In this document: piece after piece, positions 27,463 to 37,486 of the stretch
How positions within the stretch are numbered: the first letter of the stretch is position 1
Layout: each line of letters starts with the position of its first letter
Source of the DNA: Candidatus Kaiserbacteria bacterium
GTDB lineage: Bacteria > Patescibacteriota > Minisyncoccia > Phycocordibacterales > UBA918
DNA: 64,000 nt
Direction of reading: 5' to 3'
NCBI GenBank assembly: GCA_016699245.1
Contig: CP064968.1
Coordinates: 379,331 to 443,330 of the forward strand
Program-made: the position numbers and the translations under genes
The notes under the pieces: generated by a model
Seen by the model: only the letters and a program-made list of their open reading frames with translations
The model's database searches: none
Told to the model about the DNA's origin: nothing

Positions 27463-29916
27463 TTACTTCTGTGCAAAATCTGATGCAGAAAATTCAATTA
27501 TATCACCGGGTTTTAATCCTCCTTCGAGGATTTTGAAGGCAACGCGCTCTTCGATTAAATCTTGAATCGCGCGACGCATGGGGCGGGCGCCAAACTCAGG
27601 GTCATAGCCTTCTTTCATGAGCACATTGAGGAGCACGTCATTCACGACGAGGGTAAATCCTTGCTCACTGATGCGCTTTTGCAAATCGACTAGCATCATT
27701 TCTGCAATAGAGCGCTGCTCACCTTCATTAAGCACCTCAAAGAGCACTATAGCGTCGAAGCGGTTGAGTAATTCGGGTTTATAGGTGCGCCTCTCGATAA
27801 TGGCATCGATGATTGCATCTTTTTCATCATCCGGATGCTTTCCTTCTTTTACATAGTTCCAAATAAGGTCACTCCCCGCATTTGAGGTGGCAATAATAAT
27901 CGTGTTCCGTGCATTTATTTTATCACCTCGTGCATCAGTAAAGACTCCTTCATCAAACACTTGAAGGAAGAGGTCATGTACCGCCACCGAAGACTTTTCA
28001 AATTCATCAAGAAGAAGCACACAGTATGGGTGTTCGCGAAGTGCAGAGGGAAGCATACCGACAGCATCAACGGTACCCAAAAGGCGGGTGAGACTATTTT
28101 CATCACTAAACTCCGACATATCGAAGCGCACCATGTTACGTTCATCACCAAAAAATGTGTGTGCAAGCGCTTTCGCGGTTTCGGTCTTCCCAACTCCTGT
28201 TGAGCCAAGGAAAAGGAATGTGCCTATGGGCTTTTCTTTGCTCTGAATACCCGCACGCGCACGACGCATCGCACTTGCAATCACACTGATGGCACGCTCC
28301 TGCCCCACTACGCGCTTATGGAGCACATCCTCGAGATGCATAAGTATGTCGCGCTCACCAGTGCTCACGGGGCCTACTGGGATACCCGTTTTCTGACTTA
28401 CACAAAGATCAACAAAATCAGGGTCGATAATGACTTTTTTGTCTTGTCCCGCGCTTGCTGCCACTTCCGCAAGGAGACTCACGGCTTTGTCGGGCATCAC
28501 TCCTTCAATGATGTACTGATCAGCACTTTCTGCGATGCGCTCTAGTGCTGGGTAGGTGAAGTACACATGGTGCTTGTGTTCTTGTATCCACGAAGCCTCC
28601 TCGAGCACTCGCACGGTGCTTGTATTATCCGGCACCTCAATAAGAATTGGCTCAAAATACTGAAGTAACTGTTGATTGGTTTCGAGTGATACATGATAAC
28701 TACGTGGATCTACCGTCCCCACTATTTGTACATTAGAGGAAGTAAGGAATCTGCCCAAAAGATCGGCTGCATTCGCCTCGAGCGCAGACACACTCGAAAG
28801 AAATGAACTGAAATTTTCAATCACCATAATGATGTTGCCCGCGCGCTCTGCCTGAATCATAAGTTTCAAGAATGCTGCTTCAAACTCTCCCTTAGTACTA
28901 TATGAAGCAACAAACACATCAGTATCAAAGACCTCAATACGCTTCGCAGTGAGTGATGCAATAGAATGTCCTTCGCGCATGCGTCGTCCCAACTCAATGA
29001 GGATGTCCATTTTCCCTACCCCTGGTTCACCTATGAGCATCACATTAGCAGACTTGGAGCGCGTGAGCGTTGTCTCAATTTTTTCAATCACTTCATTCGC
29101 ATAGGCAGTATTGCCGAGAAAAACAGAAAACGCTGATGACGTATTGATGTCCCTTTGATATCGCTTCAAACTCATTGCAATGCCATACGAGAACTCACGA
29201 CCAATACCTGTTACGGTGCCCAGATTGTCACGACTCCACCAACGATTCTTTCGTTTATACTCCGCACGGACACGCCACACCCATTCATTCGCACCTTTAA
29301 AAAGGGATGGGGTAACTGCATGCTTAAAGAGAAATGTCTTAAAAGCAGTGTCTTTTTCTAAAAGAAACTCACCCACGTCCTGAAGGGAAATGAACTTCCC
29401 TCTCTGTATGGTGAGTGTATCAGCCGGAAGTTTTGGTCTATCTCCTTGTAGGAAAGTTTGCACTGCTTCAGAATCCACTCCCGAGCGAATCATAATCTCG
29501 TGTCCATAAGTCGACATTAAAAATCCCTGCGTGAGGTCGTGCTCATAGGAGAGACACACCGCTGCAGTTTCAAGAGTGATACCTTCTCCATCAACCAAGT
29601 CCTCCCCATACACCGTACTTAATCCTCTGAAGTACAATGTGTTATAGAAAAAGGTACACAGAACAAGCACTCCATAAAAACTTGCTATGATACAAAACAT
29701 TCCCACTAAATACCGTGCATCCCCACTAAAACTACTCATTGTAAAGGACTGGTGTACAAAAAAGTCACGGAGTACGAATCCCACAATGGCGATGCCGAGG
29801 AGCGACAAGATTGCTGATAAAAACTTTAACACAAATGAACGCGACTTCTTCGAAAGAAACACATCAAGTGAGATTGCAGGTGTGTACCGACGTATTTCTG
29901 AAGAAAGTGTACTCAT
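27463..29916 (-). CDS. ClpA/ClpC-like two-domain AAA+ ATPase with N-terminal two-TM membrane anchor replacing the Clp-N domain; D1 Walker B degenerate
   Basis: D1 Walker A LIGEPGVGKMD but VIENF in place of DE. D2 Walker A GSTGVGKTETAKALA, Walker B LLLDEFEKS, sensor ATSNAG, ClpB-D2-small GARPMRRAIQ. N-terminal 90 aa hydrophobic. Confidence 0.7.
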   Translation of the reverse strand: MSTLSSEIRRYTPAISLDVFLSKKSRSFVLKFLSAILSLLGIAIVGFVLRDFFVHQSFTMSSFSGDARYLVGMFCIIASFYGVLVLCTFFYNTLYFRGLSTVYGEDLVDGEGITLETAAVCLSYEHDLTQGFLMSTYGHEIMIRSGVDSEAVQTFLQGDRPKLPADTLTIQRGKFISLQDVGEFLLEKDTAFKTFLFKHAVTPSLFKGANEWVWRVRAEYKRKNRWWSRDNLGTVTGIGREFSYGIAMSLKRYQRDINTSSAFSVFLGNTAYANEVIEKIETTLTRSKSANVMLIGEPGVGKMDILIELGRRMREGHSIASLTAKRIEVFDTDVFVASYSTKGEFEAAFLKLMIQAERAGNIIMVIENFSSFLSSVSALEANAADLLGRFLTSSNVQIVGTVDPRSYHVSLETNQQLLQYFEPILIEVPDNTSTVRVLEEASWIQEHKHHVYFTYPALERIAESADQYIIEGVMPDKAVSLLAEVAASAGQDKKVIIDPDFVDLCVSQKTGIPVGPVSTGERDILMHLEDVLHKRVVGQERAISVIASAMRRARAGIQSKEKPIGTFLFLGSTGVGKTETAKALAHTFFGDERNMVRFDMSEFSDENSLTRLLGTVDAVGMLPSALREHPYCVLLLDEFEKSSVAVHDLFLQVFDEGVFTDARGDKINARNTIIIATSNAGSDLIWNYVKEGKHPDDEKDAIIDAIIERRTYKPELLNRFDAIVLFEVLNEGEQRSIAEMMLVDLQKRISEQGFTLVVNDVLLNVLMKEGYDPEFGARPMRRAIQDLIEERVAFKILEGGLKPGDIIEFSASDFAQK

Positions 29917-30296
29917 GCAAGTAATGCTATGCCATAGAAAAAACTATATGCGAGAAGAAACGGCGCGAGAATCCAAAACGCGAATACAGTTCCGAGCGCT
30001 ACTACCCCTAAGCACAGTGTAATAAGACCGACAAAAATAATGACGAGGCGTACAAAAGCACCGAAGACACGTGACATGGTATTCATAATAAACGCTTCCA
30101 TGAACGCTTCAATACTCCTTGGTCTTCCGTCATCCGTCATGCGCTTCCATGGGGAAAAAAGTGTACGAAGTAAGAGTGGGATAGAAAAATAGTGAGTAAT
30201 GAACCACATAAAATTAAACCACACAGAAAGTACATCAATAAAGCCTCGTGTGTAGTACCACAATCCGAAATCTATAATGAACATCGCACTACCCAT
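29913..30296 (-). CDS. small multi-pass membrane protein translationally coupled (atga overlap) to the ClpA-like gene
   Basis: Three or four TM helices; no motif. Confidence 0.45.
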   Translation of the reverse strand: MGSAMFIIDFGLWYYTRGFIDVLSVWFNFMWFITHYFSIPLLLRTLFSPWKRMTDDGRPRSIEAFMEAFIMNTMSRVFGAFVRLVIIFVGLITLCLGVVALGTVFAFWILAPFLLAYSFFYGIALLA

Positions 30297-30351
30297 ATAG
30301 TACTAGTATAGCCTATACCACACGTATAGAGTCGCATCTATAAACAGATTG

Positions 30352-31005
30352 TTATACCGAGGTATTTTTTGGTGTTTTGAAGAACTTTTTTTTATAGATA
30401 AAATATACACACCCAAGTACGATAAGCCCGAGTACACCATACTGCACAAATGATTCAATATGAGTCGATTGCGTAATAAATGTACTCAGTGCCTCGGTAC
30501 CAACATATCCCGCATAGAGATAAAGCCCGTCGCGAATAAGTGTTCCTAAAAACGCCGATACCACAAAAATACGCACCGGGACTTTGAGTACCCCACCACC
30601 CACAGACACCAGTGAACTCGGCATAATTGGTAATGCACGGAAAAGAGTGAGCGTCCAATATGCGCGGAATCCTGTACCAATTTTTGCGCTCAACCGCTCT
30701 ATGTCATGTGGAGTAATTTCAAAAAATTTTCCAAAATGGCGCAACACAAAATCTTCAGCATGGTACGCCACGCCATACACAACGAGTGCTCCAAAGGTTT
30801 TCCCTACCGCACCAATACATACGAGGAATAAAAGTCCTATGTAGCCATACGATTGGACAGACGCAGCCGAGCCTGCGAGCACCATCACGGTGGGTGAAGG
30901 AATAGGTGCAACGATTTCCTCTACAATCGACGCAATAAGCACAAACCACTCGAGCGGTAATGTGTGCACAAGCGAAAGAAGTGATGTTTCAATAGTGTGG
31001 AGCAT
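30352..31005 (-). CDS. DedA/VTT-domain membrane protein
   Basis: Typical DedA topology and G-rich re-entrant loop region (VSVGGGVLKVPVRIFVVSAFLGTLIRD). Confidence 0.6.
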   Translation of the reverse strand: MLHTIETSLLSLVHTLPLEWFVLIASIVEEIVAPIPSPTVMVLAGSAASVQSYGYIGLLFLVCIGAVGKTFGALVVYGVAYHAEDFVLRHFGKFFEITPHDIERLSAKIGTGFRAYWTLTLFRALPIMPSSLVSVGGGVLKVPVRIFVVSAFLGTLIRDGLYLYAGYVGTEALSTFITQSTHIESFVQYGVLGLIVLGCVYFIYKKKFFKTPKNTSV

Positions 31006-31010
31006 ATCAT

Positions 31011-32087
31011 TTATTTTCCTCGGCCATAATATTCTTTGAGTGATGCTACGTGTTCCTCGTATGTCACACTACAATGGAAACCACCTTTCTTGTCATGAAA
31101 ATAGTACATACATTCGGTTTCGATTGGATTGAGTGCCGCTGTGATAGCCTCAAGTGATGCGTTTGCGATAGGTGTCGGAGGGAGTCCCTCATTTTTATAG
31201 GTGTTATATGCTGATGACAAATATTTATCATCGGGGACAACTCGCGGCCACCACGGCTGATTAGCCTTACTCCCCTTTGCATATTGCAGTGTCGCATCAA
31301 TCTGTAGACGCATATCGGTAAAAAGTCTATTCCAAATGACTCCAGAGATATGGCGCATATCATCAAAGTCACGTGCTTCACGTTCAAGAAGGGATGCAAT
31401 AGTAAGAGCATCTGAAAGTGGTACGACTTCTTCAATATCTTGAGGGTACCGCTTGAGAACCTCAGTATTAAAACGTTCGAGCACAAGAGCCGCAACCTCT
31501 CCCGGTAACGCGTCCTTGCTCACTGTGTAGGCACCAGGAAACAATTTACCCTCTTCGAGTACCGGTGCAGTAGTTTCAATTAGTGCCAGAAACTCTTTTT
31601 TTTCTACCGCATCCCACTTCAAAATCTTTCCAAAGTGCTCGGCAACTTGCTCCTTGCGCTCACCTGACTCTACCACCAAAATTCGACTGGAAAGAGATGC
31701 AAGATTTTGATACCACCCCATCAAAGCGAGTTTTCCGAGTGCACGAGTAAACCAGTACGGATTCAGGCTCAGTACTTGGTCTGTAGGCGCAATATGCTCT
31801 CCTATAAAATTTGCAAGAGCAGGATCCTCGCTGATTTCTTTTTCCACAGGATTTACACTTACTGGAAAGGACTCGAGTGTTTCTTCAATGACGGCAGCTG
31901 ATTCAGGAGTAATTTGTGTCACCTCGATAGAAGATGATGGTGCCGCTATGTGCCTACTCTCAAATACAAAAAATGTCAGTGCAGAAGCGCCAAGTATAAA
32001 AAGTGATACTCCAACATAAAGTATTGGCCGGAGCGCGCGCGAAAAAAGTGTGCGTGTGGGTGCTACTTTTCTCGGCCGCAATTTCAT
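31011..32087 (-). CDS. mltG: endolytic murein transglycosylase MltG (YceG family)
   Basis: N-terminal TM anchor plus YceG core with GLPPTPIANASLEAI motif. Confidence 0.8.
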   Translation of the reverse strand: MKLRPRKVAPTRTLFSRALRPILYVGVSLFILGASALTFFVFESRHIAAPSSSIEVTQITPESAAVIEETLESFPVSVNPVEKEISEDPALANFIGEHIAPTDQVLSLNPYWFTRALGKLALMGWYQNLASLSSRILVVESGERKEQVAEHFGKILKWDAVEKKEFLALIETTAPVLEEGKLFPGAYTVSKDALPGEVAALVLERFNTEVLKRYPQDIEEVVPLSDALTIASLLEREARDFDDMRHISGVIWNRLFTDMRLQIDATLQYAKGSKANQPWWPRVVPDDKYLSSAYNTYKNEGLPPTPIANASLEAITAALNPIETECMYYFHDKKGGFHCSVTYEEHVASLKEYYGRGK

Positions 32088-32095
32088 GACAATTA

Positions 32096-32725
32096 TTATA
32101 CCTCATACACGACGCTCCATACACAGGAATTTTTATTCGTTCTACCCATACACTCTACATGAATTACATCAGTGTTCTTCATCTGCTTGATATGCAGTAT
32201 GGTCAGTATGAGACTTTTGAGATCATACATCTTGTTTTGACACATATACGATATCATCATGTTTATAAAAATAGTATGGGAAACTACTATGACTGAAGCA
32301 TGTGTAGGGGTGAGTGATTCAAGATACGTGAGCGCTCGCGTTGCGCGCATTTTTATGTCCGAAAAATTTTCAGCGTCCTCGAAATGCCAAGAAGGACGAT
32401 TTCGCATGAGCGTAGATAAAAACACGTACACGAGTGTCTTCGGATGAAAATGGGACTTACCAAAAAGTGATGAGGGTCGAGACACCTCATAGAAAAAATC
32501 ACTCACTTCTGGTGTGAGCCCAACACACTCACCAATCACTCGGGCAGTCTCACGTGCGCGTGTATACTCGCTTGAAATAAGTAGATCTGGATTAACACTG
32601 CGCAGTGATTCACCCACGGAAAGCGCTTGGTCATATCCTTTTGGCGAAAGGCTTGTGCCCGGGGATTGGTGGACGTGAAGGTCATTCAATACCGTGGATC
32701 CGTGTCGTACGAAGTAAATATGCAT
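32096..32725 (-). CDS. histidine phosphatase family protein (phosphoglycerate-mutase-like)
   Basis: N-terminal FVRHGST (RHG motif) and downstream H in SHT. Confidence 0.65.
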   Translation of the reverse strand: MHIYFVRHGSTVLNDLHVHQSPGTSLSPKGYDQALSVGESLRSVNPDLLISSEYTRARETARVIGECVGLTPEVSDFFYEVSRPSSLFGKSHFHPKTLVYVFLSTLMRNRPSWHFEDAENFSDIKMRATRALTYLESLTPTHASVIVVSHTIFINMMISYMCQNKMYDLKSLILTILHIKQMKNTDVIHVECMGRTNKNSCVWSVVYEV

Positions 32726-32728
32726 AAT

Positions 32729-33763
32729 CTATGAACAATGCTCAATAAGCGCAAGTTCCAGAGGAAGTTGCGGGATGGCACTCTTTCCTACTGACTCACT
32801 TGCGGACAAAAGCCTTAGTACGAGCGCTGAATTAATAGTGGTGACTGCATCTTTTGCTGCAGCACGAAGCGCTGCCGCATCCTCAACACTGTACTGTACC
32901 AAAAAAGAATCAGCATCCTTTGGATTAAAGCGTACTAAAAGCACTGTCCGTACGCGCTCTAAGAGAAGACGCATAAAAAGCTTCATATCAAAGCGTCCCA
33001 CATCGGCGCGCGCAAGTGCCTCGAGTCCTGCTTCAAGATTTTTTGTCGCAAAAGCTGCAAATACTTCTTGGAGTAAAATATTTTTAGGTGCACCAACAAT
33101 AGCTGCGACTTCGTCTGCGGTCAGTACCGCATCTCCCGAAGCCATTATCACCTTTTGAGTAATGCCCAGTGCGTCACGGAATGAGCCATCCGCTGCAAGT
33201 GCCACAACATCTGCCGCATGTGCATCAAGTGTAAATTTTTCTTTTTGCGCTACTGCCATCACCGTGTCACGCAACTCTTCACGAGTTGGTGCATGAAACT
33301 CAAACACTTGGCACCGTGAGGTAATCGTATCAAGCAGTTTATCGCGCTCAGTAGTAGCAAGTATAAAAATCACATGTGCAGGAGGTTCTTCGAGTGTTTT
33401 CAAAAGTGCATTAAATGCTTCTTTGGTGAGCATATGTACTTCATCAATGATATACACCTTGTAGGGGGACTCAAAGGGAGATGTATGTACTGCTTCCTTG
33501 AGTTCTCGTATATCGTCGATACCACGATTTGAGGCTGCATCGATTTCATAGATATCCACGTCGTGAGCACCCACTGCATGTGCGAAAATGCGTGCCACGG
33601 TCGTCTTTCCGGTACCGCGTGACCCCGTAAAAAGGAGCGCGTGAGGAATCATCTTTTTAGCAAGCGCGCCTTGTAATACCCTAATGATGTGGTCTTGATT
33701 GCGTACCTCTTCGAAGGTACTGGGGCGGTATTTGCGATAGAGCGCAAGTGAAATATCGGTCAT
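32729..33763 (-). CDS. dnaX: DNA polymerase III gamma/tau subunit (short form, domains I-III only)
   Basis: Walker A GSRGTGKTT, DEVH box IIDEVHMLT, sensor SRC motif TSRCQ. Confidence 0.85.
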   Translation of the reverse strand: MTDISLALYRKYRPSTFEEVRNQDHIIRVLQGALAKKMIPHALLFTGSRGTGKTTVARIFAHAVGAHDVDIYEIDAASNRGIDDIRELKEAVHTSPFESPYKVYIIDEVHMLTKEAFNALLKTLEEPPAHVIFILATTERDKLLDTITSRCQVFEFHAPTREELRDTVMAVAQKEKFTLDAHAADVVALAADGSFRDALGITQKVIMASGDAVLTADEVAAIVGAPKNILLQEVFAAFATKNLEAGLEALARADVGRFDMKLFMRLLLERVRTVLLVRFNPKDADSFLVQYSVEDAAALRAAAKDAVTTINSALVLRLLSASESVGKSAIPQLPLELALIEHCS

Positions 33764-34674
33764 TCTGCCATTATATCAGATGCGACGGCAAACTTCGCAC
33801 CTTGCGTTCTGAGTATTTCAATATCGTGAATTAAATCAGTACTTCCTAATAGAACGACACCAACATCCTTTCCATCCTCCCCCTCAAAGGCACCCACAAA
33901 TGTACGTCCTGCTTCGTCGGTAAAACCGTGTTTTCCTCCCTTATATGCATCTATCTTGATTGCAGGATTGTTATTCATATACCCATCCCGAAGGGCAATG
34001 TAGATTGGGAGACGAGTAATATCAAGAATATGTGGCTTGTTTTTCGCTAAGTAGGCATAAAAAATTGCTAAGTCACGTACGCTTGAAATATCACGTGGAC
34101 TGAGGCCCGAAGGTTCCACAATATGAGTATGTGAAAGTGCCAATGTTTCTGTAACTGAGTGTATCTGTGTCTCAAACTCAGATCCCATATAGCGAGAGAT
34201 TGCGACTGCAGCGTCATTTGATGATTCAATCAGAAGTGGGAAAAGGAGTGTGTACGGTGTCACCATCTCACCATAGGTAAGTTTCCCCGAACGACCATAC
34301 GTGGCGACATCGGTAGCAGTGATGGTAAATGCATCATCTTTTTTATCACTCTCCATGACTACATATGCAGTAAAGAGTTTTGAGACGGAGGCAATAGGAC
34401 GCTCGGTGTCGAGATTTTCTCCCGTGATGACTATGCCCGTTTTGGGGTCGAAGACACCCCACGTATCCGTCGTGAGTGGCTGTGTGAGCGTAGTAATCAC
34501 AGGAGCACTTTCAACCACTTGTTCCGTCTGCGTCGGGAGGAGCAAAAACAAAAAAACGCCAACCACCGAAGCCACAAAGGCAGTGAGCGCTCCATAAAAA
34601 ATCACAACATCAAAAAAAGAAGTACCGCGTGTTCGCATACCTATAGCATACCGTGTATCCCGATAAAAATACAA
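33760..34674 (-). CDS. D-alanyl-D-alanine carboxypeptidase (S11, PBP5-like)
   Basis: SxxK SVSKLFT, SxN SSN, KTG-like KGGK motifs; N-terminal TM/signal anchor. Confidence 0.75.
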   Translation of the reverse strand: MYFYRDTRYAIGMRTRGTSFFDVVIFYGALTAFVASVVGVFLFLLLPTQTEQVVESAPVITTLTQPLTTDTWGVFDPKTGIVITGENLDTERPIASVSKLFTAYVVMESDKKDDAFTITATDVATYGRSGKLTYGEMVTPYTLLFPLLIESSNDAAVAISRYMGSEFETQIHSVTETLALSHTHIVEPSGLSPRDISSVRDLAIFYAYLAKNKPHILDITRLPIYIALRDGYMNNNPAIKIDAYKGGKHGFTDEAGRTFVGAFEGEDGKDVGVVLLGSTDLIHDIEILRTQGAKFAVASDIMAE

Positions 34675-34728
34675 AACGTATCCCCCGCTCGGGGGATACG
34701 TTTTGTATTAAGGGAAAGTCTTACCCTT

Positions 34729-35211
34729 TTATGCGGCCTTCTTAGGAGCAGTTTTCGATGCGGCTTTTGTTGCAGTCTTTGGTGTAGCCTTCTTAGCAGG
34801 CTTTGCTACTACTTTTTTAGCAGGTGCTTTAACTGTTGGTGCTTTCGCTGCCACTAGTTTTTTGAGTGCCTTGCTTGACTGAAGTTTCCCCCAATGCTCT
34901 TGCATTTCCTTTTGAAAATCCTTTACTTCACCAGCGGTTGCGCTCTTTACCGTGCCGTACGCCTTACACGCAGTCTCTACAAGTGCCTTATATTCGTTTT
35001 CAGTAATTGACTCAGCCTTTTCGAGAGTCTCAAGTACTTCTCCTTTTGCCTTAAGCATCCATCCTTTTACTTTCTTTCGATTTTGCGTTGCTTTTTTACT
35101 TCCGTACAAAAAATATGCACCTGCCGCAGTCACCGCAGCGGCAGTCAGACCAAAACCGATACCAACCTTTTGAGCATTACTTAAATCGCTTGTAGATTTT
35201 TTTTGTGCCAT
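34729..35211 (-). CDS. hypothetical protein with histone-H1-like Lys/Ala-rich C-terminal tail
   Basis: AAKAPTVKAPAKKVVAKPAKKATPKTATKAASKTAPKKAA. Confidence 0.45.
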   Translation of the reverse strand: MAQKKSTSDLSNAQKVGIGFGLTAAAVTAAGAYFLYGSKKATQNRKKVKGWMLKAKGEVLETLEKAESITENEYKALVETACKAYGTVKSATAGEVKDFQKEMQEHWGKLQSSKALKKLVAAKAPTVKAPAKKVVAKPAKKATPKTATKAASKTAPKKAA

Positions 35212-35215
35212 AGTA

Positions 35216-35533
35216 TTATGCTTCGTCTCTTATTTTTAACTCACTTCGTTTACTTGTTCGTTCACGCGCAGTGCGTGTACCTGCTCGTCTTCCGGAGCCG
35301 GTCAGTATTGCAAATACGCGTGCAAAAAAACCTTCTTGGGTGAAAAAATCGCTCACCTGATGTATGTCTTCTACAATGGTTTCAGTTCCTTCTTCAATGC
35401 GAAGCATAATGCGACGCAATGACTTGAGGACCTTGATGGCATGAAACAATGCCACACATAAAATCGCCGAACTTACGATAACGGCAATACCAGTGATAAA
35501 GAAGAAAATATTGGCGTGTAATATCTCACTCAT
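35216..35533 (-). CDS. small membrane protein
   Basis: Single N-terminal TM helix, basic C-terminus. Confidence 0.4.
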   Translation of the reverse strand: MSEILHANIFFFITGIAVIVSSAILCVALFHAIKVLKSLRRIMLRIEEGTETIVEDIHQVSDFFTQEGFFARVFAILTGSGRRAGTRTARERTSKRSELKIRDEA

Positions 35534-35553
35534 TATTCTTAGTATATCAGACT

Positions 35554-36597
35554 TTAATCATTACTCACCCTAGTATCAAAAAACCTGTTTACAACCTGAG
35601 CAACTTCAGTGCTGTTGTGCGTCTTCATGAGTGATGCACGGAGTTCTTTTGCCCCATCAAATTCGTGCACGTATGCCTTATAATGCTTTTTCATAAGTGC
35701 AAAGTTTTTATGGGACAGTATCTCTTCAAAAAGACGCGTATGCTCGAGAAGTGCTTCGAGTTTTTCCTTAATGGAAATCTGTGAGTAGTTGATATCGGGA
35801 TGAAAAAACCATGGGTTCCCAAAAATAGCCCGTCCAAACATGACTCCGTCTGCACTTGTTGCGGCGACTTTTGATTCGGCGTCCGCAAGTGACGTCACGT
35901 CACCATTTCCCAAAATAAGTGTCCGCTCATTTTGGGGAATTGCATTCTGGACTTCATCCCGAATTAACACCGCACGTGCCACATGCTCCCACCGCGCAGG
36001 CACTTTTGACATTTCCTTTCGCGTACGCGCATGTACCGTGATGACATCAGGAAATGCTTCGAGAAGTGCAGGTAACCACGTCTCAATTTCATTTGTATTG
36101 TAGCCAATACGTGTCTTCACAGATATTGCGAGCCCTGGTGCTCCTCGTTTAGCGGCACGAATAACCTCTCGTGCAACCACAGGATTCTTAATCATCGCTG
36201 AGCCACAGCCTTGGCGCTCAATCGTTTTGTCGGGACATCCCATATTGATATCAATTCCATCAAAGCCAAGTTCTGCACAGAGTCGCGCAGCCCTCTCCAT
36301 GTACTCTGGATGTGATGAGAAGAGTTGTGCCACAATAGGGCGTTCTTCCTCACCATAGAGTAAGTCGGCCATAAGCATCGCCTTCCCTGCTTCTGTTGCG
36401 CGCATGAGGCCATCTGCCGATACAAACTCCGTCCACATGACATCGGGCCCACCCATGGTGCCGTTTTTACGAGTATGTCGAGAATACTTTGCAATCATGC
36501 GACGAAAGGAGGCGTCAGTGACGTTTGCCATTGGGGCCAATACCATGAGTGGTTTGGGCAGTGTGTGCCAGAAAGACATAGAATCAAGTGATACCAC
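35554..36597 (-). CDS. tRNA-dihydrouridine synthase (Dus family)
   Basis: APMANVTD...GFDGIDINMGCP...catalytic Cys region of Dus TIM barrel. Confidence 0.8.
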   Translation of the reverse strand: MVSLDSMSFWHTLPKPLMVLAPMANVTDASFRRMIAKYSRHTRKNGTMGGPDVMWTEFVSADGLMRATEAGKAMLMADLLYGEEERPIVAQLFSSHPEYMERAARLCAELGFDGIDINMGCPDKTIERQGCGSAMIKNPVVAREVIRAAKRGAPGLAISVKTRIGYNTNEIETWLPALLEAFPDVITVHARTRKEMSKVPARWEHVARAVLIRDEVQNAIPQNERTLILGNGDVTSLADAESKVAATSADGVMFGRAIFGNPWFFHPDINYSQISIKEKLEALLEHTRLFEEILSHKNFALMKKHYKAYVHEFDGAKELRASLMKTHNSTEVAQVVNRFFDTRVSND

Positions 36598-36605
36598 GTT
36601 TCTCC

Positions 36606-37481
36606 TTATTCTGGAAGTGTCGCTGACACATCCACTGTAGTCGTACTCTCCTCAGCAATTTTTTCGTTTACAAACACCTTATTTTCAAACCGCACGTCAA
36701 TATATTTAAAATTGCCGGGTTCAATGTGTTTAAATTCATCTGAAGCGAGTACGGAGGTGAGATTATCAAAGGCAACATTGAGGTCTTTTTTTCCAGTCAC
36801 AAATATCGCACCCCCACCATTGATACTAAACTCAATATCACCATTCTTCTTATGGAGCACCGATGCAATGCGAAGATTCAGTTGCTCAGATACACGCTTC
36901 ATGAATACTTCAATTTCAGAAAGTGATTTTTCTATATGCATATCACCCACATGGAGTTCATCGACACCCTCAAGTATATGCCGTGGGAGTGCACCACCCT
37001 GCATGGTGGGAGCGAGAGCAAACGCGTACCCTCCTTCAGTTACAAAGTAACATGGCGAGGTACTTGCACTATAGCCACACCATAAGGCGTACGGTACATA
37101 CTCTTTAAAGGATACATTGAGAGTATGTCTATCTGTCCTTTCGAGCACTACATCGTGTATACGTGGATTCTTTAAAAGCACTTCACTCACACGCTCTTTT
37201 GGATAGAGATACGTAAATTGTTTGGGGACAATGAGGAAATATGCTCCTTGAAGTTCAGTGCGTACGTGTGTCCGTATTTCTTCATGAGAAATAGTCTCAC
37301 CTCCAGACACCGTAACATCGGTAATAGTAAAGAAAGGAAGTCGTGTGACATACCACACTAGTCCGAGTACTGCTCCTATAGCAAAAAGTCGCAACACCCC
37401 ACGCATAATCTGCCACACAAAGCTGTGCTGTGTATCACGTCGCCCGCGTACGCGGACTGTTGTTTCGGGTCGTGGTGCCAC
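36606..37481 (-). CDS. FtsQ/DivIB-like cell division protein (POTRA domain, single TM)
   Basis: TM anchor LRLFAIGAVLGLVWYV followed by POTRA-like FFTITDVTVSGGETISHEEI; position next to cell-wall genes. Confidence 0.5.
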   Translation of the reverse strand: MAPRPETTVRVRGRRDTQHSFVWQIMRGVLRLFAIGAVLGLVWYVTRLPFFTITDVTVSGGETISHEEIRTHVRTELQGAYFLIVPKQFTYLYPKERVSEVLLKNPRIHDVVLERTDRHTLNVSFKEYVPYALWCGYSASTSPCYFVTEGGYAFALAPTMQGGALPRHILEGVDELHVGDMHIEKSLSEIEVFMKRVSEQLNLRIASVLHKKNGDIEFSINGGGAIFVTGKKDLNVAFDNLTSVLASDEFKHIEPGNFKYIDVRFENKVFVNEKIAEESTTTVDVSATLPE

Positions 37482-37486
37482 GCTTT

